A stretch of DNA of 64,000 nucleotides from Octopus bimaculoides (lineage: Eukaryota). Below, one piece after another: positions 1 to 11,584 of this stretch (its first letter is position 1; each line of letters opens with the position of its first letter). The stretch covers positions 163,088,760 through 163,152,759 of the forward strand of contig NC_068983.1 in assembly GCF_001194135.2 (NCBI RefSeq). Reading direction: 5' to 3'. Below the pieces are notes generated by a model. It ran no database searches and had not been told where the DNA came from. It saw only the letters and a list, made by a program, of their open reading frames with translations. Both the position numbers and the translations under genes were made by a program.

Positions 1-604
1 GTTAAGAAAGTTCACTGACTTTTGATTTAACCTTTCGTGGTTTAATTGAAGTCGAAAGAAGATCTGGAGACATTAATGCATTGTACTGTGTCGAATAAGG
101 TCCTTGAGGACAAACTATACAAACTATGATAAATTAACAATATTTATTGTATAGACAACCATCAAATGGAACATGGGAAATGTGTCTGGCTAAGTTCTCA
201 TAAATTTCAAGAATAATGAATATTTATATTCTTTAAATAAGCATGGAAAATATTAAAAATTTATGAATTTTCTAACTATTTTCATTACAATCATATTTTA
301 AAGGATACAATGGAGGTAATATTTGACAGGAATCATCCAACAAAAGTGAAAGAAAAATTTAAATATTTCATACAATTTCAAAATTGATTCTTTATAAAAG
401 TCATCTATTATTACCTATTATTATCTTTATATATATTATCTTTATTATTAAATTGAAGACACCGTATCTCTTAATGTTTTAAAATATATCTTTCTCCATT
501 TAAAGAAACAAAAATGTAATATAGCCAATGTATATTGTATCAGAACTCTAAGATTTATTTATTGTTAACCATAAGCGTATAATATATATATATATATATA
601 TATA

Positions 605-1413
605 NNNNNNNNNNNNNNNNNNNNNNNNNNNNNNNNNNNNNNNNNNNNNNNNNNNNNNNNNNNNNNNNNNNNNNNNNNNNNNNNNNNNNNNNNNNNNNNN
701 NNNNNNNNNNNNNNNNNNNNNNNNNNNNNNNNNNNNNNNNNNNNNNNNNNNNNNNNNNNNNNNNNNNNNNNNNNNNNNNNNNNNNNNNNNNNNNNNNNNN
801 NNNNNNNNNNNNNNNNNNNNNNNNNNNNNNNNNNNNNNNNNNNNNNNNNNNNNNNNNNNNNNNNNNNNNNNNNNNNNNNNNNNNNNNNNNNNNNNNNNNN
901 NNNNNNNNNNNNNNNNNNNNNNNNNNNNNNNNNNNNNNNNNNNNNNNNNNNNNNNNNNNNNNNNNNNNNNNNNNNNNNNNNNNNNNNNNNNNNNNNNNNN
1001 NNNNNNNNNNNNNNNNNNNNNNNNNNNNNNNNNNNNNNNNNNNNNNNNNNNNNNNNNNNNNNNNNNNNNNNNNNNNNNNNNNNNNNNNNNNNNNNNNNNN
1101 NNNNNNNNNNNNNNNNNNNNNNNNNNNNNNNNNNNNNNNNNNNNNNNNNNNNNNNNNNNNNNNNNNNNNNNNNNNNNNNNNNNNNNNNNNNNNNNNNNNN
1201 NNNNNNNNNNNNNNNNNNNNNNNNNNNNNNNNNNNNNNNNNNNNNNNNNNNNNNNNNNNNNNNNNNNNNNNNNNNNNNNNNNNNNNNNNNNNNNNNNNNN
1301 NNNNNNNNNNNNNNNNNNNNNNNNNNNNNNNNNNNNNNNNNNNNNNNNNNNNNNNNNNNNNNNNNNNNNNNNNNNNNNNNNNNNNNNNNNNNNNNNNNNN
1401 NNNNNNNNNNNNN
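605..1413. other. Assembly gap (N-run) flanked by (TA)n. Other gaps: ~2713-2817, 3833-4282, 9414-9634, 14509-14984, 23048-23916, 26862-27317, 33708-34291, 36807-36916, 49457-50361, 58620-58675 and a few of 9-22 nt
   Basis: N-runs seen directly; most abut TA/TG/TTA microsatellites. Confidence 0.98.
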
Positions 1414-1415
1414 TA

Positions 1416-1452
<37 letters not shown>

Positions 1453-2674
1453 ACTTACATACATTCATACTACACACATACACACATGATAAAATAGACG
1501 AAACGTGATATATTAAAGATACGTTATCGAAAACAAAAGACTTTGTATCTTCCGAAATTAAGAAACATCATTAAATCATTAGATTTTTCAGTTACGAACA
1601 ATATTGGATGCAACAAATATATAAGAAACACTTGGAAAATACAGATCGAAAGTGATATATTTGGAAGTAATCATTTAATTTGCTAGTATGACGGGCATAA
1701 ATCTAATGTTTATATAAATTTTTGACGTGATAAATAGTGCAAATGCATCTTACTCGATCTCGATCATGTTAAATATTTGAAAAGAAAAGAAAAAGCTATA
1801 ATTGTTATTGTTAAATATCTACGAGTTTCTGTTTTGTCTGCTTTTGTTTTACACAGTCTTTCTGCTGTTTTAACGGCTATACTGCGTTCGAAATTGACTT
1901 CCTTGTCTAAACTTTTCAACAGTAAGCTTGTCCTTTTTCCTTCACTAGATTAATTCTCTTCAAACACAACAACGTATTATTATACACATACATACCCAAA
2001 ATATCTTTTGTAGACCAATGTGGTCATCTCTGAAAAAACAAATACAAAAGCCAAACATGCTGTTTTCTCTCTTTTTCCTTTTATTCATTGCCTAGAGAAC
2101 TATATCTTCCAGCTTGCTCACGTTGTTTATGTAACTCCTTCCAACCGCCACCATATCAAACAAAGTGCTTGTGTGAGTTGCTGCCTACTGTAAGGATGTC
2201 TCCTTAGATCTCCCCACCCCCACGCCGCAAAAACAAATACAATTAGTCATGTCGCTCTCGAATGCTATTAGTCGCTCTTGAGTGCTACTGGTAACATGTA
2301 ACCCAGTACAACCTGTTACATGGTCGGGTCGTCGGTGACTAAACTGGCAACCCCACCAAACTTGATTGGTGAGGAGGGTGATTGTTGGACACCCTACAGG
2401 TGTCCTGCAATCTTTGTAAGGAGCTGTATTCACCATCAATTGATTAATTCCTCTGTCCCTTTATGAGAGAACGGTTGTGCGCTTACAAATTTAATAGAAT
2501 AAATATACACGTATGAGAACATGCACATCCATACAAAATATATGCACACAAACACACACTGGCAGTCACACACATACACACATAGACATAGATAATACTT
2601 GTATACACACACACACACACAAACATACAGTAGTACCTCGATTTTCGAACAACTCTGATCGCATATAAATCGTG

Positions 2675-2712
<38 letters not shown>

Positions 2713-2817
2713 NNNNNNNNNNNNNNNNNNNNNNNNNNNNNNNNNNNNNNNNNNNNNNNNNNNNNNNNNNNNNNNNNNNNNNNNNNNNNNNNNNNNNNNN
2801 NNNNNNNNNNNNNNNNN

Positions 2818-2856
<39 letters not shown>

Positions 2857-2879
2857 CATAGATATAGATATATATAAAT

Positions 2880-3690
2880 CACGATTTATTCGTGATCTGA
2901 GGTGTTCGTAAACCGAGCGAAGAGTTAGTCATTTTTGACCACGGTGTGATAGAGGAAGGTTGTGTGTTGAGACTTGCTGTTGTTATTACTGTTATTATTA
3001 CTGTTGGAATTTATTGTTGAAGTGTTTTGCGTGTATTTGTTTTCTTTGCTGTTGTTGTTTTTGCTATTTTTTTCTCCCCATTTTGTGTGGAAAAATTAGC
3101 TTTTCTATCATGGGAAGCTATACGAAAACCGCTGCAGCGGGGAGAGCTGCGCCGCTGGAGGCCAAGGAAATAAAGGTTATCATGGAGGAAATTTTAAGAA
3201 GTGAACCATTTGTGAAGAAGGAGGGAGACACTATCAAGCTGGTCCCTCCGGAAGAAACAAGATCAGGACGGTGGTGTACCGCACACAAGCGGTCACCACA
3301 AACAAAATAGAGAAGTTGTCGGAAGATGTTGAGGAATGTCTGGGAGCCATAATGAAGATGGCGACATTTGTTAGCAGAAGAAGGAGGTATGACACGGTGA
3401 GATTTGCCACCAAAGGGGAGGCGGCCTCACACTCCACACCACTATTCTGAGGTCGGAAAAGGTGACGATATTACCCACGTATAAAGGAAGGCGCAGTGTT
3501 CGAACCAGGGTAGCAAGAATGCCACCCGAAATTAAAACAGGGTGGTTGGTGGCAGCTATTCTGGCTGCCACTGAGGACAGTCCGGAACTGGGACCAGTGG
3601 GAAGAACAAATATGCTGAACTAGTGGGGATGTGGAGTCGAGATGTGGCTTTTTGCCACATTTGAAGACATTGAAATGGCATTAATCAACA
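2880..3690 (+). mobile_element. Decayed LINE 5' end: 5'UTR plus frameshifted ORF1 (L1/Tx1-like)
   Basis: ATG at 3110 gives MGSYTKTAAAG...; two frameshifts continue as RTVVYRTQAVTTNKIEKLSEDVEECLGAIMKMATFV...VRFATKGEA and TILPTYKGRRSVRTRVARMPPEIKTGWLVAAI; GC-richer, coding-like composition; no ORF2 follows. Confidence 0.55.
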
Positions 3691-3695
3691 CCAGC

Positions 3696-3810
3696 ATTGC
3701 TAGAAATAAGAGTCAAAACGACTCAATAATCACAGAAGCATCAGCTTAATGAGGTTTCCACAAGTTCCCTACGGTAGCAGATATAACCAGATCATCAATG
3801 GTGTGTTTTA
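3696..3810. mobile_element. Interspersed repeat fragment (family D; related copies at ~21660-21860 and ~31255-31385)
   Basis: ATTGCTAGAAATAAGAGTCAAAAC is shared exactly with 31259; similar sequence in reverse at ~21820. Confidence 0.55.
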
Positions 3811-4293
3811 ATTTTTATTTCTTGTATATACANNNNNNNNNNNNNNNNNNNNNNNNNNNNNNNNNNNNNNNNNNNNNNNNNNNNNNNNNNNNNNNNNNNN
3901 NNNNNNNNNNNNNNNNNNNNNNNNNNNNNNNNNNNNNNNNNNNNNNNNNNNNNNNNNNNNNNNNNNNNNNNNNNNNNNNNNNNNNNNNNNNNNNNNNNNN
4001 NNNNNNNNNNNNNNNNNNNNNNNNNNNNNNNNNNNNNNNNNNNNNNNNNNNNNNNNNNNNNNNNNNNNNNNNNNNNNNNNNNNNNNNNNNNNNNNNNNNN
4101 NNNNNNNNNNNNNNNNNNNNNNNNNNNNNNNNNNNNNNNNNNNNNNNNNNNNNNNNNNNNNNNNNNNNNNNNNNNNNNNNNNNNNNNNNNNNNNNNNNNN
4201 NNNNNNNNNNNNNNNNNNNNNNNNNNNNNNNNNNNNNNNNNNNNNNNNNNNNNNNNNNNNNNNNNNNNNNNNNNNNNNNNNNATATATATAGT

Positions 4294-4612
4294 GAAGGCG
4301 CGTGGCTTAGTGGTTAGGGCATTCGGCTCACGAGCGTAAGGTCATGAGTTCAATTCCCGGCGTTGTGTCCTTGAGCAAGGCACTTTATTTCACGTTACTC
4401 CAGTCCACTCACCTGGCAACAATTAGTACGACTTGTATTCCAAAGGGCCAGACGTGTTACACTCTGTGTCACGCTGAATATCCCTGAGAACTACGTTAGG
4501 GGTACACGTGTCTGTGGAGTGCTCAGCCACTTGCACGTTAATATCACGAGCAAGCTGTTCCGTTGATCGTATCAGCTGGGACCCTCATCGTCGTAACGGA
4601 CGGAGTGCTCCT
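4294..4612 (+). mobile_element. tRNA-derived SINE, family A (CORE-like central domain)
   Basis: A-box TGGCTTAGTGG, B-box GAGTTCAATTCC, CORE-like GTGTCCTTGAGCAAGGCACTT; homologous reverse copy at 41305-41630. Confidence 0.85.
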
Positions 4613-4621
4613 TAATAATAA

Positions 4622-4825
4622 TTATTTCAGAATTTTGCCACAAGGGCAGCTTGGGATGAAGTGATTACATGGTCCCCAGTATTCACCTGGTATTTGATAT
4701 ATCGACCCCGAAAGGAAGAAAAGCAGAGCCGACCTCGGCAGAACTTGAACTCAACGTGAAGGCTGACGAAATGCTGTGAAACATTTTGCCTAGTGTGGTA
4801 GCGATTTTGCCAGCTTTGGGCCTTA
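4622..4825 (-). mobile_element. tRNA-derived SINE, family B (degraded)
   Basis: ATCGACCCCGAAAGG...GACCTCGGC.GAA.TTGAACTC motifs shared with many copies in the window. Confidence 0.8.
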
Positions 4826-4850
4826 CCCTGCCATCTTAGTAATAACCATA

Positions 4851-5024
4851 ATACGCTTTTTTACTCTAGGCACAAAGTCTGAAATTTGGGGGTGGGCTGG
4901 AGAGTAGTCAATTAGATCGACCCCAGTACGCAACTGGTACTTAATCTATCGACCCAGAAAGGATGAAGGGCAAAGTCGATTTCAGCTGAATTTGAACTCA
5001 GAACGTAGCGACGAGCGAAATACC
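4851..5024 (-). mobile_element. SINE family B, head truncated by the next copy
   Basis: GAATTTGAACTCAGAACGTAGCG then an abrupt switch at GAAATACC to the tail of another copy. Confidence 0.8.
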
Positions 5025-5246
5025 TATTTCTTTATTGCCCACAAGGGGCTAAACATAGAGGGGACAAACAAAGACAGACAAGTTGATTAAGTCGATTACA
5101 TCGAGCCCGATGCGTAACTGGTACTTATTTAATCGACCCGGAAAGGATGAAAGGCAAAGTCGACCTCGGCGGAATTTGAACTCAGAACGTAGCGGCAGAC
5201 GAAACACCGCTAAACATTTCGCTCGGCGTGTTAAAGATTCTGCCTT
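5025..5246 (-). mobile_element. SINE family B
   Basis: GCAAAGTCGACCTCGGCGGAATTTGAACTCAGAACGTAGCGG; near-identical to 7681-7910. Confidence 0.85.
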
Positions 5247-5271
5247 AATAAAGATTCTGCCTTAATAATAA

Positions 5272-5488
5272 TTATTATTTCAAAATTTTGCCACAAGGGC
5301 AGCTTGGGAGAGGTGGCGATGAGGTAATTACATCGAACCCAGTAATCAACTGGTATTTAATCTATCGACCCTGAAAGGATAAACGGCAAAATCGACCTCG
5401 GCGGAATTTGAACTCAGAACGTAAAGACAGACGAAATACCATTAAGCATTTCACCCAGCGTGCTAGCGATTCTGCAAGCTCGCTGCCT

Positions 5489-5490
<2 letters not shown>
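5272..5490 (-). mobile_element. SINE family B
   Basis: Same motifs; tail variant matches 4622-4825. Confidence 0.85.
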
Positions 5491-5526
<36 letters not shown>

Positions 5527-5558
5527 ATAATAATAATAATAATAATAATACCACCACC

Positions 5559-5630
<72 letters not shown>
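5491..5630. repeat. Compound trinucleotide microsatellite (CTA)n(TAA)n(CCA)n(CTA)n
   Basis: Seen directly. Confidence 0.97.
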
Positions 5631-5631
<1 letters not shown>

Positions 5632-6659
5632 AGCAATCAAATGATTTTCACTGGCAAAAAAGGATTTTAGGAAATGTCTTCTTGTAACAAAGGATGGTTG
5701 GTATGGAACCATAAATCATAGTTTATAGTTGAAATGGAAAAGGAATGCACAAGTATTGTAGTGAGTTTTCTTTACATCTGCATCTTCATCACAATAAATC
5801 TGATCAAAAGAATATAGATAATAAAAAAAAAATGTGCACTAAACAAAGGAAATTTATATTATAAAATATGAAATAAAGTAAAAATCTGGAGGAAATGTAT
5901 CAGAGACATAATAAATCGAAGTCAGAGAAAGGAAAGTCAGAGAGGAAGATATCTTAGTAAAATCACAGTGAATGTTTTGTGAAACGAGAATGTATCTTTG
6001 AAGAAAGAAATTCTTTAAAAGTGCAATGAATTTCCACCTGATGGTTTAAAATAACATTTATCAGAGTGGAATAACCGAAAATTGCGAAGACAAAAGGAAA
6101 CAAATCAACAATAACAAACAATAATTCAAAGCTAATCAATACACAGCAAGAAATACACGCGTGCAAGGCAGACAGATTATTAAAAAAAACATCCCGAATG
6201 AAAAAAAACAAAACATTATTGAAATTTAAAAAAAAATCATTTAATAGCTTTTGAAATTGCAACGACTACTAAATTAACAATGAACTGACTATATGAAAAT
6301 TGGTGGCATTAAGATAATTTGTGCAATAGTGTGTGCAAATGTATGTATGTCTATATATATATATGTATGTATATATACATACATACATATATATNNNNNN
6401 NNNNTGTGTTTTTGTTCCATTTTTTATATTTATATATACATATGGCAGCGTACGTACGCACTTGTGCTCACCTTATGGAAGGTATGTATTTAAATTTTAT
6501 ACGACTCTCACTCTATGTTTTAGTCACCCTCATACTTTCTTTCTTCCTCTTTTCTTTTTCTCTCCCCCTCTCTCTCACATTTCTTGGCCGTCTCTTTCTT
6601 TAACTCCCACCTGTTCCTCCTCGTTCATCTCCCTCGTACCTTTCCCTTTGTCTCTGATT

Positions 6660-7135
6660 TTTTTCTAATCCTTCAATCCCGCTGCCCCCTAACTCTCTCT
6701 CCTCGACCGGTGTCCGGCCATCCATGATCTTTCTTCCTTGGCCTGACTGCCGACCGCCAAAACCTCTTGTGTCTATCTCCTATGTTCCTGCCTTTAGGCT
6801 TTCATTTCATACACGCCAGCTCAATTTCATTCGTTCTCAGTCGAAAGACACCTGTTGCTATTTTCCTGTTGCTTGTTTTCGTAATTGCGTACCATGTTCT
6901 CCATTTTTTGTCATTGTTGCGTACGCATTCGTTAGCTTTCTTACAAAAAAATCTAATTTAGAGGCAACCAGATCGAACTGCCCGAAACAGTGAGGACTTC
7001 TGATAACCTTGACTAATGAAAGAAGGCCACGAATGACCCGTCTTTTTTCCCTGTCCTTCTAACTCTTTCTTCTGCCCGCCTTTGTATTGTCTATCTGTCC
7101 GAATGTTTTATTGTCCTGTATTGCGTTTTGGTTCC
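6660..7135 (+). mobile_element. Interspersed repeat, probably a Penelope-like terminal region; homologous reverse copy at ~31715-31925
   Basis: AACCAGATCGAAC...CGAAA...GACTTCTG...GACT(G/A)ATGAAAGAA...GAATGACCCGTCTTTTTT shared between both copies. Confidence 0.45.
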
Positions 7136-7206
<71 letters not shown>

Positions 7207-7233
7207 ACGTGTGCGTGTGTGTGTATAATGAAG

Positions 7234-7472
7234 AAATCAATGAGGATATTAGAATATGCGGATGGTGAATGTATAGCGGTAATCCAAATAGATGACAAAA
7301 TTGGTACAAAATGATTTTAAAAGGAAACTTGAGCAGGTGCAAAGTCTGACGGCCGTTTCGACTTTGCACCTGTTCAAGATTCCTTTTCAAATAATTTTGT
7401 ACCAACTTTCTCATCTATTTGGATTACCGCTATACATTCACCATCCGCATATTCTAATATCCTCATTGATTT
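7234..7472. repeat. Foldback: 113-bp inverted arms with a 13-nt spacer
   Basis: 7234-7346 is the reverse complement of 7360-7472 with 6 mismatches. Confidence 0.95.
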
Positions 7473-7680
7473 TAATACAGACATACAAACTCGCAAGTAC
7501 ATTTATGTGCTTTTATATTTAAACATTTTTATATTATATATTGTGAATATGAATGCACCTATGTATGCTGTGGAGTATATCGACGCTTTGAAATATATTG
7601 AGTGAATATGAATAGTGACCTTTGAAATTTGTTCTTTCTTTCTTGGTTTAATATATGTATATATAAATGTATATATCCTA

Positions 7681-7910
7681 TTTCTTTACTGCCCACAAGG
7701 GGCTACACGCAGAGGGGACAAACAAGGACAGACAAACGGATTAAGTCGATTATATCGACTCCAGTACGTAACTAATACTTATTTAATCGACCCCGAAAGG
7801 ATGAAAGGCAAAGTCGACCTCGGCGGAATTTGAACTCAGAACGTAGCGACATACGAAATACCGCTAAGCATTTCGCCCGATGCGCTAACGTTTCTACCAA
7901 CTCGCCGCTT
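7681..7910 (-). mobile_element. SINE family B
   Basis: Full set of family motifs. Confidence 0.88.
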
Positions 7911-8340
7911 TGGTCAAACTGATAATAATGATTCCTAACATTGTTGAGATAAATATTAGAGGAAGCATTGAACTAAATCGTTTCGAATTTGATCTGCTTT
8001 GATCTTATTTGGATTAGGTGCAGTTAGAAGAATGTCTGCTCTCTTATCTGATTTACCTGTCATTTTCCGAAATGAATCGCATACGAATGAATGAAACACT
8101 TATTAAAGAAATCCTATAATTAAAAAAAAAAGCACTCTGTTCCAACGTCTCTCATATACTTTCTCTTCCTATTTACGTGATTAAAAACTTTGTTTAAAAC
8201 GCAAATTATCTGTTTACAGTTTAACTCTAGAATGTCAATTAACAAATTTACACAGAAGGCTCTGGTAAACATGCGATGATATGAGAGAAGAATTCTGTGC
8301 GGTATCAGATGGCAGAGTAGTTGCTTTGTTGAGGTATTAT

Positions 8341-8580
8341 CATTTATTTTTATCTATTCTTGTATTTGTTTCAGTTGTTAGACTTCGGCCATGCTGGAGC
8401 ACCATCTTGAAGAAATTTTAGTCGAATGAATCGTCCCCAGTGCTTATTATTTCCCCACAAACCCTGGTACTTATTACATAGTTTTCTTTTGCCGAACTCC
8501 TAAGTTACAGGGACATAAACACATCAACACTGATTGTCAAGTGGTGGTAGGGGACAAACACAGCCACAAAGACACCGCAC

Positions 8581-8628
<48 letters not shown>

Positions 8629-8754
8629 GCACGCACGCACACACACCAAGCTAAATCCACTTACAAGTCTTGCTCAAGGTGCCGCGTAGTGGTACCGATC
8701 CTGGAACCATTTTGTTGGGAAGCAAACTTGTTATCGCACTGCCACGTCTGTACC
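8341..8754 (-). mobile_element. tRNA-derived SINE, family C (bipartite, internal CA microsatellite)
   Basis: GGCCATGCTGGAGCACC, TTTTGCCGAAC, CTTGCTCAAGGTGCCGCG, GGAACCA; reverse of 12558-12946. Confidence 0.82.
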
Positions 8755-9134
8755 TATACATGTCGCGTTTCACATTTTCTTATGTTTCATTTGATATTAC
8801 TATATATCTGATGCCATATTATATGTTACTCTATATTACTCTATCATATATATTTATTCTCTTTGAATCCCGAAGCTAATAAAAACTTCTCCTCTCTTCC
8901 AAAAAATTATTTCGCGTTCGCTCGAAGGTTATAAAATTTTTAAGACATCAAATGTATATATTTCGATACAATATGCTGCTGTATTATATTTTTAATTACA
9001 ATTTTTAATAAGTATATTCTGCAATCATCATTATCATCATCATCATCATCATTATCATCATCAACAACAACAACAGCAATAACAGGCTCTGGAAATTGCT
9101 GTCCACACAGAATTATTAAATCTTCCGCACAGAC

Positions 9135-9243
<109 letters not shown>

Positions 9244-9815
9244 TTGTTCAGTAGTTTTATTTTTACAACGTGCTTTCACTTCACTACCGAGCGCAGCTCT
9301 GTGCGCCTTGGGTATGTGTTGTGGTTTGCTGTGATGCTCTTATGGTTACTGTATTGAAAGTGTTTTGCGTAGGATGTGTGCTGTGCCCAGCAGTGCAATT
9401 TTCTGTATGTTATNNNNNNNNNNNNNNNNNNNNNNNNNNNNNNNNNNNNNNNNNNNNNNNNNNNNNNNNNNNNNNNNNNNNNNNNNNNNNNNNNNNNNNN
9501 NNNNNNNNNNNNNNNNNNNNNNNNNNNNNNNNNNNNNNNNNNNNNNNNNNNNNNNNNNNNNNNNNNNNNNNNNNNNNNNNNNNNNNNNNNNNNNNNNNNN
9601 NNNNNNNNNNNNNNNNNNNNNNNNNNNNNNNNNNTAGGAATTGTTTCTGTTTTTAGACTCCACATTCGAGTTATCTCTATTTCCAGGTCTTTGTATTTTG
9701 AAAGTTTTTCCATTTCTTTTCGAGAAACGTTGTCATCTGCTGGTATTGATACATCAATTAGAAAGCATTTTTTTTCTTCATGATCTTTGACAACTATATC
9801 TGGTCTATTTGCCTT
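9244..9815 (-). mobile_element. R4/Dong-clade non-LTR retrotransposon, 5'-truncated 3' end (RLE endonuclease plus 3'UTR)
   Basis: KANRPDIVVKD..KKCFLIDVSIPADDNVSRKEMEKLSKYKDLEIEITRMW...IQKIALLGTAHILRKTLSIQ* (RPD...D...EK..KY RLE signature); flanked by TAA repeats; near-identical to 37341-37670. Confidence 0.88.
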
Positions 9816-9826
9816 AATTATTATTA

Positions 9827-9884
<58 letters not shown>

Positions 9885-10407
9885 CATCATCGTCATTATT
9901 ATTATTTGTTCCACACAGAACCATAGTTTTTGTTTTCCCAAATGCCACAGGTAATACCAAGTCGAACGGACTTATTATTATTATTTTTTGTTCTACACAG
10001 AACCATAGCTTTTTTCAAAATATTTTTTTTTAGATATATTTTTCACTGTGTGTTGCTCAATTCTGTGTTCGAGTTCGAATACTTCAAACTTTCTTTCATT
10101 GTTCTTCCATTTCCACACTCCTACGAGCTTTCGTAACCTCGTTACCACTGTCATAACGACACAATCATACAATGGGAGGTATCCTCGTCGCCATTGTTAT
10201 GTTCCGCATTACGATGACGTATTTCATCGTCTCTGCGGATCTGGCCCGAAGAGCGTTCCTCGCTGACTGACACTACTGACTCTGTCAGTCCACTATTTAT
10301 TAGTAGTGGATCAGCCCACTTCTCACCTGGGAGCATCCGCTACCAGACAAGGTATAGGCTGAGAATATTTTCCTCTTTTACTTGACGATCATTCATTCAT
10401 GTAGACC

Positions 10408-10738
10408 TTATTACTCTTTTTACTCTTTTTACTTGTTTCAGTCATTTGACTGTGGCCATGCTGGAGCACCACCTTTAGTCGAGCAAATCGTACTTTGTAA
10501 GCCTAGTACTTATTCTATCGGTCTCTTTTTCCGGACTGCTAAGTTACGGGGACCTAAACACACCAGCATCGGTTGTCAAGCGATGTTGGTGGGGGGGNNN
10601 NNNNNNNNNNNNNNNNNNNGGGGGGGGGGACAAACACATATACACGCATATATACATATATACGACGGGCTTCTTCCAGTTTCCGTCTACCAAATCCACT
10701 CATAAGGCTTTGGTCGGCCCGAAGCTATAGTAGAAGAA
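10408..10738 (-). mobile_element. SINE family C lacking its tRNA head
   Basis: GACTGTGGCCATGCTGGAGCACC...CGACGGGCTTCTTCCAGTTTCCGTCTACCAAATCCACTCA. Confidence 0.85.
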
Positions 10739-10759
10739 TATGAATTCACAGTGAATCCT

Positions 10760-10935
10760 TATATCCGGTAAATTCACCGTCGTCAATTCACCGTTTATAA
10801 CAATTCATGGTGAGATACTATGGATATAGTTTCTCTGTAAACTGTACACGCGTTGAACTTTCCTCGTGGTGAACTTTCTTCACGGTTAATTGATTGCGGT
10901 AAACTTTTCCTGTGATGAATTGATGGCTATAATCT
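10760..10935. mobile_element. Degraded MITE-like element with AATTCACCG subterminal inverted repeats
   Basis: GGTAAATTCACCG..CAATTCACCG on the left versus CGGTTAATTG..CGGTAAACTTTTCC on the right. Confidence 0.4.
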
Positions 10936-11380
10936 TACCTGTAATCCTGCATCCCTGCTGTACACTTGGATCCTCATCTTCCGTTATTTCGACTCCATTA
11001 GTTTCATTAACAAAACAGTTGTTTTGTTCTAATTCTCTCAATTATTTAACAACTTCCTGTTTAAACCTGCTGACCTTCCAATGACTAATCATCATCGATT
11101 GAAACCAAGCATTAACAATTCTACTCTCCTTTGGCTATTGATTGCTAGAAAAAATATATATGAGAAGGAATGCACTAGCAAAACATGTAATATCAGTTTA
11201 GAGTATGTAATTCATAACTCAAACATAATTTCAGAGTTGTAAGAGTAAATAAGGGATTAAGAAATAATGCATAAACTCTCTTACAGCTGTTTCTATAATA
11301 GGTGTGTATGCAGTACAAAAGCTATTGAACAAAGGTTTCCATATAAGCCAACTATAACATCTTCAGAGAGAAAGAATTAT

Positions 11381-11584
11381 GGAATATCCTTAAAAAAGTT
11401 TATTAGTAGATACCAATTCTATTGTCGGAGAATTAAGGAACATTCTTAGTAAGATAATAGTTGCTACCAGTTACATCGCCGAAGAATCAAGGAATATCCT
11501 TAGTAAAAGATAATAGTCGTTACCAGTTTCTTCATCCAAGAATTAAGTAATATTTAGTAAAGCTTGATAGTAGTTACCAGTTCC
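11381..11584. repeat. Diverged ~55-bp minisatellite, about 3.7 units
   Basis: Units start at 11381, 11437, 11491 and 11547 (GGAATATCCTTAGTAA...TACCAGTT...AAGAATTAA). Confidence 0.85.

Noticed and set aside
548-1483. Long ORFs of 150-430 aa spanning N-runs (also at 3.8, 14.5, 23, 26.8, 33.5 and 49.2 kb)
   Set aside because: They consist of X residues plus YI/IY dipeptides from TA repeats, so they are gap artefacts.
4294-4365. tRNA genes at SINE heads (also 12558, 38619, 41560, 48576)
   Set aside because: A and B boxes are present, but there is no complete cloverleaf and each continues into a SINE body.
5640-6290. A-rich, coding-like segment
   Set aside because: Many stops in all + frames and no recognisable transposase or RT motif.
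11381-11584. CRISPR-like repeat-spacer appearance
   Set aside because: The units are alignable end to end, there are no cas genes, and the context is eukaryotic.
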